From positions 1,696,001-1,760,000 of the forward strand of contig CBDBCF010000001.1 in NCBI GenBank assembly GCA_965202985.1: a stretch of DNA of 64,000 nt, in the 5' to 3' direction. Below are positions 30,559 to 40,440 of this stretch, one piece after another. Made by a program: the position numbers and the translations under genes. Source of the DNA: Longimicrobiales bacterium. GTDB taxonomy: Bacteria > Gemmatimonadota > Gemmatimonadetes > Longimicrobiales > Gaopeijiaceae. Position 1 is the first letter of the stretch; each line of letters begins with the position of its first letter. Under the pieces are notes generated by a model. That model was not told the origin of the DNA, did no database searches, and saw only the letters and a list, made by a program, of their open reading frames with translations.

Positions 30559-31950
30559 GGCGCTTCCCCATATGGTGTGGGCTGTGTAGGATCAGGGGCG
30601 ACATGGACCATGAACCGAGGAGGCGAGGATGGAGATGCGGAAGTGGGTGGAGAGCTTGATGGCGTTGGGGCCGGGCTGGGAGGTGAAGGGGGTCGAGGAG
30701 GACCCGGTGCTGATGGAGGCGCGGGTGCGCGTGGCGAGGCGGTCGGGCGAGCCTTTGACGTGTCCCGAGTGCGGCCGGCCGTGTCCGGGATACGACGCTC
30801 GGGAGCGGGAGTGGCGGCACCTGGACGCTTGGGGCTACAAGACGTTCGTCGTCTGCGACCTGCCTCGGGTCGAGTGTCCGGAGCACGGGGTGCGGACGGC
30901 ATCGATGCCCTGGGCGGCGGACAAGTCGAGGTACACGGCGGCGTTCGAGGAGGAGGTGACGGCGTGGCTCGGCGAGGCCAGCATCCTGGGGGTGTCGAAG
31001 CGCATGAGGATGAGCTGGAACGCCGTGAGCGGCATCATGGAGCGGGCGGTGCGCCGGGGGCTCGAGCGCCGGAAGGCGGAGCCGGTCCGGCGGCTGGCGG
31101 TGGACGAGACGTCGGTCAAGCGCGGACACCGGTACGCGACGATCGTGTCGGACACGGACACGGGGCGCGTGCTGCACGTGGCGAAGGGTCGGACCCGAGA
31201 GTCGCTGGCGCAGTTCTACCGGAGCAGGGACGGCGGCTGGCTGCCGGGTTGGAGAGCGTGTCGATGGACATGTGGGGCCCCTACGTGGCGGCGACGGGGG
31301 AGTGGGTGCCGGGCGCGGAGCTGAAGACGGCGTTCGACCGCTTCCACGTGGCCAAGCACCTGGCGGACGCGGTGGACAAGGTGCGGCGCGCCGAGCACCG
31401 CGAGCTGCTGGCGCAGGGCAGCGCCGTGCTCGCGAGGACGCGCTACCGGTGGCTGACCGGACGCGGCAAGATGAGTCACGCCGAGAAGCTGGCGTTCGCG
31501 GCGCTGCGCAAGAACGTGGACCGGACCGCCCGCGCCTGGGCGGTGAAGGAGGCGGCATCGAAGCTGTGGGACTACAAGCTCCGGGGCTCGGCCGAGAACG
31601 CCTGGCTGCACTGGCTGCAATGGGCGTCGGGCTGCGGGCTCGCGCCCGTCCACAAGGTCGCCGAGATGGTCGGCGCCCATCTGTGGGGCATACTCAACGC
31701 CGTCGTGCTGCGAGCGACCAACGGCCCGGCCGAGAGCATCAACAGCAGGATCCAGATGGTCAAGGCTCGCAGCCGCGGCTTCCGCAACTACGACCGCTTC
31801 GTCACCGCCATCCTCTTCCACCTCGGCGGCCTCGACCTCTCGCCCCGCACCGCCCGCCGTTGACCCCGTAGACCCCTCGGCCCGCCTTCCTCGACAAGCG
31901 ATGCTCAGCACACTGCCCAACCACGAACCCACTAGGTTAAGCGAAGAGCC
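30559..31950 (+). mobile_element. ISL3 family insertion sequence (1392 bp)
   Basis: 8-bp target duplication CGGTCTGT at 30551-30558 and 31951-31958; imperfect terminal inverted repeats GGCGCTTC.../...GAAGAGCC. Confidence 0.92.
30635..31863 (+). pseudogene. ISL3 transposase with a frameshift near 31240
   Basis: CPECG, WRHLD and AVDETS in one frame; SMDMW, FDRFHV, TNGPAESINS and RGFRN in another. Confidence 0.88.
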
Positions 31951-32193
31951 CGGTCTGTTCATGTTGACGGCCATAGGGTGGGGTTGCTCCAAGATGAGGT
32001 GGGGCGGGAAGCGCAAGCGTGGATTCGAGGACAAGATGTGGAGAGCGGACAACGAACGCAAGACACCCTTCCATCCCAACGCCGGTATCGAGCACACGGG
32101 CGACCACATGGCTTGGCCCAGGTACGTCCCAGTTGCCGAATCCCTGCTGACAGCGGTAAGATTGGATCAACCAACCGAGGGGGAGAACACGAC

Positions 32194-33510
32194 ATGAGCG
32201 AGACCTGCGACGACCGGGCGAAGGGCCATGAGCAACGGGGCCGGGTCCAGTCTTGCCGCACGCACGACAAGCGCCTGCTGGTCAAGGCGCTGAGGCTGTG
32301 TCTGGCGGCAGTATTTGCGGCTGGTTGCGCCGACCCAGGAGAATCGGGACACGACCCCGAGTCCGACGACCCGCTGGCGATCACGGTCGACACCGTGGGC
32401 ACGTCGGTTCGGGTCGCGAACACCGGCGACCCACCGGAATGGAACTTGGCGCCCGTGGCCTCCATTGGCCCCGACGCCACGTCCGCCGAAGCGACTCCGC
32501 GCGACTTCGGCTCCGTTGCGAGCGTGGCGTTCGGCCCCGACGATCAGGCCGTATATGTCGCCGACCGGCTGAACTGCGAGATCAGCGTCTTTGGGCTCGA
32601 CGGGACTCACCTGCGCACCTTCGGGCGATGCGGAGAAGGTCCGGGAGAGTTCACCGAGCACCTCTATTCCATCGCGTGGGTGGGCGACAAGCTGCTGACG
32701 TACGATTTCGCGGGAGGTCGCATCGGCGAGTTCACCGGCGACGGGGAATGGCGCGGACAACGACAAGTCGCCGGCATCGGGACCGGCAGCCCTTCCTTCG
32801 CCTTGTACCAGACCGGCCCCGACGAGGCGTACGCACGCACGCTCGGGACAGACCCCGAGACCGGCTCCTTCACCTACGCGTTCCACGGCCACGCAGCCGC
32901 CGGCGCAACGGCCGACACCGTGCGGCCACTCGTCTCCGCCTGGGAATCCGGATCGGGGGCTTCGCTAAGGTGCGCCGGAGAGCGCGGGACCGCCATTTTC
33001 GTGGACTTCTTCGCGAACCCCTATGCGCCGCGCGTTCTCGAGCATCCGGGTCCGGGAGGCACGTTCTACACGGCTGTCTCGAACGAATACCGAGTCGTGG
33101 TCACTCGGCAGAGCGACACGTTGCGCACAATTGAGCGCGCGTTGCCCCCGGAGCCGGTCTCCGACGAAGAGTGGAACGCCCTTCTCCAACAGTTCGAAGC
33201 GTGGTTGGAAGAGAGGCCTGGTGCGTCTTGCGAGCCGCCCAGATTGAGCAGGCCGTCCTCCAAGCCGTTCATGACAGGGCTCTTCCTGGATGCCCAAGGG
33301 CGCATGTGGATCGAAGCGGAGCGAAAGGGCCAGAGGCACTGGGACCTCTTCGACCCCGAAGGCCGGCTGCTTGCCCGCTTGCCCGCCCGCGACCGAAGGA
33401 CGGGTCCCTTGCCGGCGTTCGGCGCCCGCCACCTTGCCACGATTCGCCAAGACAGCCTGGGCCTGGATCACGTGGACATCTGGCGAATCGAGCCGCCGGC
33501 ACGGCAGTAG
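32194..33510 (+). CDS. 6-bladed beta-propeller lipoprotein
   Basis: Lipobox FAAGC and GRCGEGPGEF motif. Confidence 0.8.
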   Translation: MSETCDDRAKGHEQRGRVQSCRTHDKRLLVKALRLCLAAVFAAGCADPGESGHDPESDDPLAITVDTVGTSVRVANTGDPPEWNLAPVASIGPDATSAEATPRDFGSVASVAFGPDDQAVYVADRLNCEISVFGLDGTHLRTFGRCGEGPGEFTEHLYSIAWVGDKLLTYDFAGGRIGEFTGDGEWRGQRQVAGIGTGSPSFALYQTGPDEAYARTLGTDPETGSFTYAFHGHAAAGATADTVRPLVSAWESGSGASLRCAGERGTAIFVDFFANPYAPRVLEHPGPGGTFYTAVSNEYRVVVTRQSDTLRTIERALPPEPVSDEEWNALLQQFEAWLEERPGASCEPPRLSRPSSKPFMTGLFLDAQGRMWIEAERKGQRHWDLFDPEGRLLARLPARDRRTGPLPAFGARHLATIRQDSLGLDHVDIWRIEPPARQ

Positions 33511-33633
33511 CGGCGGGTACGCTTGACTTGTAGTCGGCCTCGCGCAAGACTTGCTTGAAGGACAGCCTGCTCGACTGGATCGCGGGCGATGGAGACGGCA
33601 CAGTAGCCGGAAGGGGATCGTGGAGGAACAAGG

Positions 33634-35190
33634 ATGATCAAGAGGCAGCTGGAGGACCTGTGGACTCGCCTGCAGGCCAAGAAGCCCCAGATGCCCCACT
33701 TCCTGTCCGAAGTCTACCTCGAGGGGCTCCGCGGCATCGATGGCCTTCGAGTGGATTTCGAGTATCCGGTCAGCGTGATCGCAGGGGGCAACGCCAGCGG
33801 CAAGTCGACGGTTCTCTTCGCGGCCGCGTGCGCCTACAAGGTTCCGGGGGCGGGAGTTCGAGACTTCGTTCCCTCCACGCTCTTCCCCGACTTTCGCGCC
33901 AAGGTCGGAGACCGCCGGGACGACCGCGGCGAAGTCGTCATGGACTTCGAGTACTCGACGCCCGACGGTCGTCGATCGATGCGCTGGCGACGCTTGAAGA
34001 GTTGGAACCGCAGCTACTTCGGACGCAAGGACGCGACGCAGCCGGAGCGGCCGGTCTATTTGCGAACATTGGCCAACCTGACCAACCCTTCCGAGGTGCG
34101 AGGCGTGCTGGCCATGTCCCATCTCAAGACGCCTCCCCGCGAGCACGCCCTCACGCCCTGGGAGAGCGACTTCGCGCAACGCATGGTTCCTTTTCGCTAC
34201 GCCGAAGTCGTGAACCTTTCCAGCGACAGCGACCGAAAGAACCTCCTCTTCGCAGTTCAAGAAGGAGGCGCAAGGTACTCGGAGTTGCACATGGCGGCCG
34301 GCGAAAGGGCGATCATTCGCTTGTCCCAGAAGATCGCCCACATGATGGACGGTCTAGTGCTTATCGACGAAGTGGAGGCTGGTCTGCATCCCTGGGTCCA
34401 GCAGCTCCTCATGCTGCAGCTTCAGAAATTGGCGTTGCAGAACAATCTTCAGATCATCGTGACCTCGCACAGCTCCGTCGTGCTGAACTCGGTGCCGCCC
34501 GCCGGGCGAATATTCCTGGAAAGAGACGAGGAGGGCCGTGTCTCGGTCGTGCCCGCGTACCGGGACATCGTGCAGGATGTGCTCTACGGCAAGTCGACCC
34601 ACACGCTCAACGTGCTGTGCGAGGACGCCGCCGCCGAGGCGATCCTGCTGGGCTTGGTGGACCAGATCGCTTCTCGGGACAGAATCAAACGCGAGTCGAT
34701 TAGGGTGGGTCGAGACACGGGGGCCAGCGAATTTCCGGCACACGCCAGAGCGCTGAGGAAGTTCGGCCAGATCGACAACGTCGTTTTCGTGCTGGACGGA
34801 GACAGGCGGGACCGTGGCGACGAGACCGCGATTCGCAAGGCGGCGGGACAGGATGTTCCGGTGTTTTTCCTGCCCGGCGACTTCGCTCCCGAAGCATGGG
34901 TGTGGGAACAGATGCGACGTTCCCCGGAGATCGCCGGAGAGCTTGGCGTTGAGCTCAACGACCTGGCCAAGAGGATGAGGCGATTGGACGCGACGTTCGA
35001 CAATACCTCCGGCAAGCCCTCGGAGACAGCCAAATACAAGGTGAACAACCTTGCCGAGCACCTCCGCAGGAGCGCTCCCGAACTGTGTCGCATGGTCGCG
35101 TCGATGGAGGCCAAGCGCAAGACGAGCGAGGTGCAACCGTTGATGAGAGACTTGGCGGACGCCGTCAGCCGCTGGCGCGCGGGTCTTTGA
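33634..35190 (+). CDS. ABC-type (AAA_21) ATPase with a C-terminal TOPRIM-like domain (OLD-like architecture)
   Basis: GGNASGKS, MAAGE, LIDEVEAGLHP and VTSHS, then LCED and VLDGD. Confidence 0.8.
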   Translation: MIKRQLEDLWTRLQAKKPQMPHFLSEVYLEGLRGIDGLRVDFEYPVSVIAGGNASGKSTVLFAAACAYKVPGAGVRDFVPSTLFPDFRAKVGDRRDDRGEVVMDFEYSTPDGRRSMRWRRLKSWNRSYFGRKDATQPERPVYLRTLANLTNPSEVRGVLAMSHLKTPPREHALTPWESDFAQRMVPFRYAEVVNLSSDSDRKNLLFAVQEGGARYSELHMAAGERAIIRLSQKIAHMMDGLVLIDEVEAGLHPWVQQLLMLQLQKLALQNNLQIIVTSHSSVVLNSVPPAGRIFLERDEEGRVSVVPAYRDIVQDVLYGKSTHTLNVLCEDAAAEAILLGLVDQIASRDRIKRESIRVGRDTGASEFPAHARALRKFGQIDNVVFVLDGDRRDRGDETAIRKAAGQDVPVFFLPGDFAPEAWVWEQMRRSPEIAGELGVELNDLAKRMRRLDATFDNTSGKPSETAKYKVNNLAEHLRRSAPELCRMVASMEAKRKTSEVQPLMRDLADAVSRWRAGL

Positions 35191-35280
35191 CTCGGACCAT
35201 CGCGCATTCAGGCAGCACCGGCTGTCCTAGCCTAGCAAGGCCGTCGGATTTCTCTCGGGAAGCTAGCCATTGCCATCCAT

Positions 35281-35674
35281 TTATGCTTCCGGCCGTTGTC
35301 GCTGATCGCTAGGAACGACATACGATGCCACGGCACCTTCGTATATTTGGACAGCATTCAGTACCATGTACTTGGTCCACAGACGCCATATGTCCTTCCA
35401 CTGCTGATTCTCCGACGATAGTACTCCGACCGGAAGTCCGAACCCGTGAGCGTCGACAGCAGAAATGGTTGTTAAGTGACTCTGCGCCTCGCCGATAAGT
35501 GGTCCCTTTAGCGTGTCTACGAGAATATTCCAAGAGGGTGACGCTAGGTGGAAACAGCGCGTCAATTAAGACCACCAATCTACACTGGTAGGTTTCCTGA
35601 TAGCGACGAATGAGTTCCTAACGCTCATAGCGAGGCGCATGTCTTGCCTCATACAGGGGGCTTCGATCGGGCAT
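35281..35674 (-). pseudogene. Remnant of an SDH/ClpP-fold serine proteinase
   Basis: MPDRSPLYEARHAPRYER*ELIRRY (TAG 35618-35620) joined out of frame to SHLTTISAVDAHGFGLPV...IWRLW; the catalytic core is missing. Confidence 0.5.
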
Positions 35675-35702
35675 TTGTCCGTTCCAGATACAATCGCAGG
35701 GC

Positions 35703-35894
35703 CTACTCGATGTTGTACTTCGTACGGAAGGTCAGCGGCTTGCCTCGTCGTGCCTCTCTCCCGTCCTGCCGAGCCTGTTTTGCGCGTTCGATCCGCTCGC
35801 GCCAGTCCTTGTCGGGAAACGGGACGCCCTCTAGTGCAGCTGATCCCTTGGGCTCCGTTGCAGACGCCTCCGTGTCAGCAGTATCTCGTGACAT
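35703..35894 (-). CDS. Small hypothetical protein
   Basis: GGAGG RBS; 63 aa, charged. Confidence 0.5.
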   Translation of the reverse strand: MSRDTADTEASATEPKGSAALEGVPFPDKDWRERIERAKQARQDGREARRGKPLTFRTKYNIE

Positions 35895-35999
35895 GTTTGC
35901 CTCCTTCAAGGTTGACGTTACCCAAATATGGAACCATAGCACCTCTCCGATCAATAAGCGAGCCTTGGCAGGCCGAGGGAAATTCCATTGCCGCCTCCC

Positions 36000-37085
36000 T
36001 CACCTCTCCGCCAAGCTCCGATACACCGCCCGCACGAACCGCTCGGGGTTGTCGCCCCAATGGGCGTCCAGGTCGGCCGTGGGGGCGGCGGCTACCACCT
36101 CGTCCTGGGTGTGGCCGTCGGCCAGCAGGCGGGCCACCCGCAGTCGCACCGTCTCCAGCATGTCTCGGTAGCCGCGCAGGTCGGCGGGGGCTGCAAGGGG
36201 GCCGTGGCCGGGGATGATGCGCGTGGCGTCGTCGGAGCGGGCGAGCACGAAGTTGGCGGCTGCGATCACGCCGTCGATGCCGCCGCCGCTGTCTACGTCC
36301 ACGAAGGGGTAGCGGCCCAGGAAGAAGGTGTCGCCCATGTGGAAGACGTTGGCGGCGGGGAAGTGCACGATGGCGTCGCCGTCGGTGTGGGCGCGACCGA
36401 TGTGCGTGACGCGGATGTGGCGGCCGTTCCAGTGGAAGCGCACGCCGTCGTCGAAGGTGACTACCGGCAGCGCCGCGTCCGAAGCCTGTTGCGAGCGCCC
36501 GACCAGCTCCGCGAATTCGGCCGGGTTCAGGCGGCGATAGACGTTCTCGTGAGCGACGATCATCGCGCCGGCGCGTCCCAGGTTCTCGTTGCCGCCCGTG
36601 TGGTCGCCGTGCCAGTGCGTGTTCAAGACCCAGCGGACGGGCTGATCCGTGACCGCCGCCACGGCGGCCAGGATCTTCTCGGTTAGCGGCGCGTACTGGT
36701 CGTCCACCAGGAACGCCCCGTCGTCGCCGACCGACAGGCCGATGTTGCCGCCCCGTCCCACGAGCATGAACAGGTCGTCCTCCAGGGGGATGGTTTCGAT
36801 CTCGACATCCTGCATGTCCTGCTGGACCGCCGCCCATGTGGCGACTGTCGTGCCCACCGGTACCGCCGCGCCCGCTGGCCCGCCCGCGCCCGAAAGCCCC
36901 GTCGCAGCCGCGCTGCCCGCCACGCTCGCCATCCCGAGTAGCGCCACGCCCAACGCTCCAGCCGCGCGTCCCGGGCACGCCGTGTGCCCCCGCCACGCGG
37001 CACGCAGCCACACCCCGCGCCCCAGCCACGCTGCGCGTCCCCGAATGCGAGCCGCGCGCTCCCGAATACTCGTGATTCTTGCCAC
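36000..37085 (-). CDS. MBL-fold metallohydrolase (cyclase-like)
   Basis: NTHWHGDHTGGN, AHTDGD and IPGHG; start uncertain. Confidence 0.9.
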   Translation of the reverse strand: MARITSIRERAARIRGRAAWLGRGVWLRAAWRGHTACPGRAAGALGVALLGMASVAGSAAATGLSGAGGPAGAAVPVGTTVATWAAVQQDMQDVEIETIPLEDDLFMLVGRGGNIGLSVGDDGAFLVDDQYAPLTEKILAAVAAVTDQPVRWVLNTHWHGDHTGGNENLGRAGAMIVAHENVYRRLNPAEFAELVGRSQQASDAALPVVTFDDGVRFHWNGRHIRVTHIGRAHTDGDAIVHFPAANVFHMGDTFFLGRYPFVDVDSGGGIDGVIAAANFVLARSDDATRIIPGHGPLAAPADLRGYRDMLETVRLRVARLLADGHTQDEVVAAAPTADLDAHWGDNPERFVRAVYRSLAER

Positions 37086-37161
37086 GCTCCCAACTCCTGG
37101 CGATTACTTGATTGACGTGTCCCGACCCTCAAAGGTACGCCCAACCGAACAAGTACGCCCC

Positions 37162-38109
37162 ATGACCCCTTCCGCACTCGCCCCTCGCGCCCCGACCGCC
37201 GCCTCGGCGCCGGCGCAGTCCTCGCATTGCCCCCCGTTCCTCCGCCGCGCCCTGGCCGCCCGCGTCACCCTGGCCGCGGTCGCACCGGTGCTCGCCCTGG
37301 CCCTCGCCGCCTGCACGGATGCAACGCCCGAAGCCGAGCCTTCCGCGGAGACATCGGCGGCGGCCACCCCCGCCCAAGAGCTGCCCCCCGCCATCACAGG
37401 CCAAGGCGGCGCGCTGGAGGGCGCCGACCTGCGCTACCTGGACGACGACACGACGACCACCGGCTACTTGGCCGTTCCCGCCGGCGACGGACCGTTCCCC
37501 GCCCTGGTGATCATCCACGAGTGGAACGGGTTGCAGGATCGGGTCCGGCAACTGGCCGACGACTTCGCCGCCGAAGGCTACGTAACCCTGGCAGCGGACC
37601 TGTTCCAAGGCCGCACCGGCTCGAATCGGGAAGAGAACATGGCCCTGGTGCGAGAAGCGCAGTCGGACCCTGCCCAGATGATCGCGAACCTGAACGCCGC
37701 CGTCGCCTACCTGAAGGGACGCCCCGACGTGACGGGCCGCGTCGGCGCCATGGGCTGGTGCTTCGGCGGAGGCGTGGCGCTGTCGTTCGGCCTGGACGGC
37801 GACAATCACGACGCCACGGCCGTCTTCTACGGCCGCCTAGTGGACGACCCCGAAGCGCTGGCCCGCCTGGACCACGAGGTCTACGGCACGTTCGCGGCAC
37901 TGGATTCCGGCCCGTCGCCCGAGTCCGTGGCCGCCTTCGAGACCGCGCTTCGGGCCGCCGGCGTCGAGCACGACCTGCACATCTACGACGACGTCAACCA
38001 CGGCTTCTGGCTCCGCGTGGACGGCGATCCGGAGGTCCGCGCCGCCCCCGCCGCCGACGCATGGACGCGCCTCAAGTCCTACCTGGACCGAACACTGGGC
38101 GGTTTGTAA
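37162..38109 (+). CDS. Dienelactone hydrolase family lipoprotein
   Basis: IHEWNGL, GWCFGG and HGF; lipobox LAAC. Confidence 0.9.
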   Translation: MTPSALAPRAPTAASAPAQSSHCPPFLRRALAARVTLAAVAPVLALALAACTDATPEAEPSAETSAAATPAQELPPAITGQGGALEGADLRYLDDDTTTTGYLAVPAGDGPFPALVIIHEWNGLQDRVRQLADDFAAEGYVTLAADLFQGRTGSNREENMALVREAQSDPAQMIANLNAAVAYLKGRPDVTGRVGAMGWCFGGGVALSFGLDGDNHDATAVFYGRLVDDPEALARLDHEVYGTFAALDSGPSPESVAAFETALRAAGVEHDLHIYDDVNHGFWLRVDGDPEVRAAPAADAWTRLKSYLDRTLGGL

Positions 38110-38203
38110 CCCTGCTCGCAGACTCCGGTCACCCCGGCAGGCCCCCGGCGATGCCGTCCAAAACAGCTGCGCCCCGCCTGCCATTGGGCCACCTCGACAG
38201 CAT

Positions 38204-38219
38204 TGGCACGTTTCTTGCT
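38204..38219 (+). promoter_or_regulatory. Sigma-54 (-24/-12) promoter
   Basis: TGGCACG-TTTC-TTGCT matches the consensus, 50 bp before the ATG at 38269. Confidence 0.75.
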
Positions 38220-38268
38220 GTGAATCACGGGCTGTCGGACCCAGGACAAACCAACAAGGGGGAAGTCG

Positions 38269-39033
38269 ATGAGATTCGCACGGCACGGAGGGTTGACGCT
38301 GGCGCTGGTGCTGGCCGGGTCGCCGGGGCTGGGGGCCGCCGAGGCCGCCGCCCAAGATCGGGGGTTCCTGCTTCAGGCCCCGAGGATGTCCCTGGCCGTC
38401 AAGGCGGGCTGGGGCCTGCCGCGGGCCGGGGGGAGCGGGGCCGAGAGCCTCTGGCAGTTCACGCGGGAGCAGCTGACGGTCGAGACCGGTGACTTCGCGG
38501 GACTCGCGGTGGGGGGCGAACTGGGCGTGCGGCTCACGGAGCGCCTGGAGCTGACCGTTGCGGCGGTTCGCACGTCCGCCGAGACCCAATCCGAGTTCCG
38601 CGACTGGGTAGGCGAGGACGACCTGCCGATCGCCCAGTCCACCCGGTTCAGCACCACGCCGCTGACCCTGGGGATCAAGGCGTACCTGTGGAATCGGGGC
38701 CGCTCGGTGGGGCGTTTCGCGTGGGTTCCCCGTCGCTGGAACCCGTATGTCGGCGTGGCGGGCGGGGTCGTGTGGTACGAATTCCGGCAAAGGGGCGAGT
38801 TCGTGGACTACGAGACCCAGGACATCTTCGACGATGTCTTCCTTTCCAACGACCGGGCGCCGACGATACATTTCGTGGGCGGCGCGGACGTGACCCTGCG
38901 GAGCCGCGTCGTGCTCACGGGCGAGGCGCGGTACGCATTCGCCAGCGCGCCCCTGGACTCCGACTTCGTAGGGTTTTCCGACTTGGACTTGGCGGGACTT
39001 CAGGTCACCGCCGGGATCGCTCTCAGGTTCTAG
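38269..39033 (+). CDS. Outer-membrane beta-barrel protein
   Basis: Signal peptide, amphipathic strands, C-terminal Phe (GIALRF). Confidence 0.75.
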   Translation: MRFARHGGLTLALVLAGSPGLGAAEAAAQDRGFLLQAPRMSLAVKAGWGLPRAGGSGAESLWQFTREQLTVETGDFAGLAVGGELGVRLTERLELTVAAVRTSAETQSEFRDWVGEDDLPIAQSTRFSTTPLTLGIKAYLWNRGRSVGRFAWVPRRWNPYVGVAGGVVWYEFRQRGEFVDYETQDIFDDVFLSNDRAPTIHFVGGADVTLRSRVVLTGEARYAFASAPLDSDFVGFSDLDLAGLQVTAGIALRF

Positions 39034-39059
39034 TGCGACAAACAGGAGGAGCAACGAAC

Positions 39060-40382
39060 ATGACGACATCGATCAGCAAGACGCGGACCCACTCCGACGC
39101 CGGGTTGGCCAAGTCGGCTTCGGCATCGCCCGGAGCCTTGGCCCGGTACGGGACGTTGGCCTTGGCCCGGGGGGAAACGCCAGCCTTGGCCCGGTGCTTG
39201 AACTTCGCCCGGCGCGCGACGCTGGCCTTCGCCGTCGCCGGAGTTGCCGTCGTCGCTGGCGCGTCCACCGCCGCCGCCCAGGAAGTCCCGCTGGGCCTCG
39301 AGCCCTACGTCGGGTGCTGGCAGCCCCAGGGCGCCGACGTGGACGCGGGCGTGCTGTGCTTCGTGCCCGACGCCGGCCAGCTGGAGATGGTGACGGTGGC
39401 GGACGGCGCCGTGCAATACCGCGAACCCTTCGCGGCGGACGGCCGGATGCGCACCATCGAGCAGGACGAATGCCGGATCGCCGAGTCGGCCCGGCTTTCC
39501 GAGGACCGCCGACGCATCTACACCACATCCAACTCGACCTGCGACGGAGAGCCTCCCAGCCGCAGCACCGGGATCATCTCCATGCCGACCGCGGGCCGGT
39601 GGCTGGACGTGCGGATGGTCGACGTGGAGGGGGCCGCTTCGGCGTGGTCGCGCTGGTACGACCGGACGGGCACGGACGTGCTGGAGGGAACGGGACTTTC
39701 CATTCCCGCGAACGCCCAGCGGTCGGCTCGGCGAGCGGCGGCCTCCGCGCACGCAACTTCGGCTCTGGACGTGGACGACGTGATCGACGCCGCGGCCGCC
39801 GTGGACGCCAGAGCGGTGGAGGCGTGGGTCGCCGAGGTGGGGCAGGAGTTCAAGGGACTCGACGCAGACGACATCGTGCGCATGGACGACGCCGGCGTGC
39901 CCGGCAGCGTGGTGGACGTTGTGGTGGCCGTGTCGTTTCCGTCGCGCTTCGCCTTGGGCGACCGACGACAGCGGGCAGACCGCGCCGCGACCGACCGACG
40001 GCGCGTCGGAGCGCGACCCGTTTGGGCCTTCGGCGGTCGGTACGACCCCTTCTACTCGGGCGGCTACTACGGCTACGGCTACGGGTACGGTTACGGCTAC
40101 GGCAACCGCTACGGCGGCTGGGGCCGCTACAGCTACTGGCCCGGCTACTACACGCCCGTGGTCGTGGACGTGACGCCAACCCAGCCCCGGCCCGCCGGTG
40201 GTCGCGTGGTCGCGGGGCGGGGCTACCGACGTCCCCCCAGCGACCGGGTAAACCCCTCCGGCTTCGCCGCGCCGGGCTCCGGACGGAGTTCGGTGGGTTC
40301 GGGCAGCTCGTCCAGGGGCAGCATCGGCGGCAGCAAGAGCAGCGGCTCCGGTCGCAAGGCGAAGCGGCGGGGAGGGTCCTGA
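39060..40382 (+). CDS. Exported hypothetical protein with a Gly/Tyr-rich low-complexity tail
   Basis: AGGAGG RBS, AAAQ signal cleavage site, (GY)n tract. Confidence 0.7.
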   Translation: MTTSISKTRTHSDAGLAKSASASPGALARYGTLALARGETPALARCLNFARRATLAFAVAGVAVVAGASTAAAQEVPLGLEPYVGCWQPQGADVDAGVLCFVPDAGQLEMVTVADGAVQYREPFAADGRMRTIEQDECRIAESARLSEDRRRIYTTSNSTCDGEPPSRSTGIISMPTAGRWLDVRMVDVEGAASAWSRWYDRTGTDVLEGTGLSIPANAQRSARRAAASAHATSALDVDDVIDAAAAVDARAVEAWVAEVGQEFKGLDADDIVRMDDAGVPGSVVDVVVAVSFPSRFALGDRRQRADRAATDRRRVGARPVWAFGGRYDPFYSGGYYGYGYGYGYGYGNRYGGWGRYSYWPGYYTPVVVDVTPTQPRPAGGRVVAGRGYRRPPSDRVNPSGFAAPGSGRSSVGSGSSSRGSIGGSKSSGSGRKAKRRGGS

Positions 40383-40440
40383 CGCCCCATCGGCCTAGGC
40401 TTCGGCGAAGGCCGTCCGGATCGCGATCGCCGTCGTTGCC

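Larger units (their letters stand above)
29609..31974 (-). pseudogene. XamI-family restriction endonuclease, interrupted by ISL3 and a premature stop
   Basis: Removing the IS restores MAVNMNRP|ERWKADIAES; EAKSAGDYANVNKRRKEEA motif; TAG at 29687-29689 in FDSG*LGYEAAEGIDWVWEHR. Confidence 0.88.

Noticed and set aside
31200..31270. Programmed frameshift in the ISL3 transposase
   Set aside because: There is no slippery motif, and ISL3 transposases are normally a single ORF; a mutation or sequencing error is more likely.
10220..35620. Possible TAG recoding, suggested by several in-frame TAG codons (about 10227, 24200, 29687, 35618)
   Set aside because: They appear to replace different residues (Glu by direct comparison; Tyr and Gln by recalled homologues), lie in genes that are otherwise broken, and many intact genes here end in TAG.
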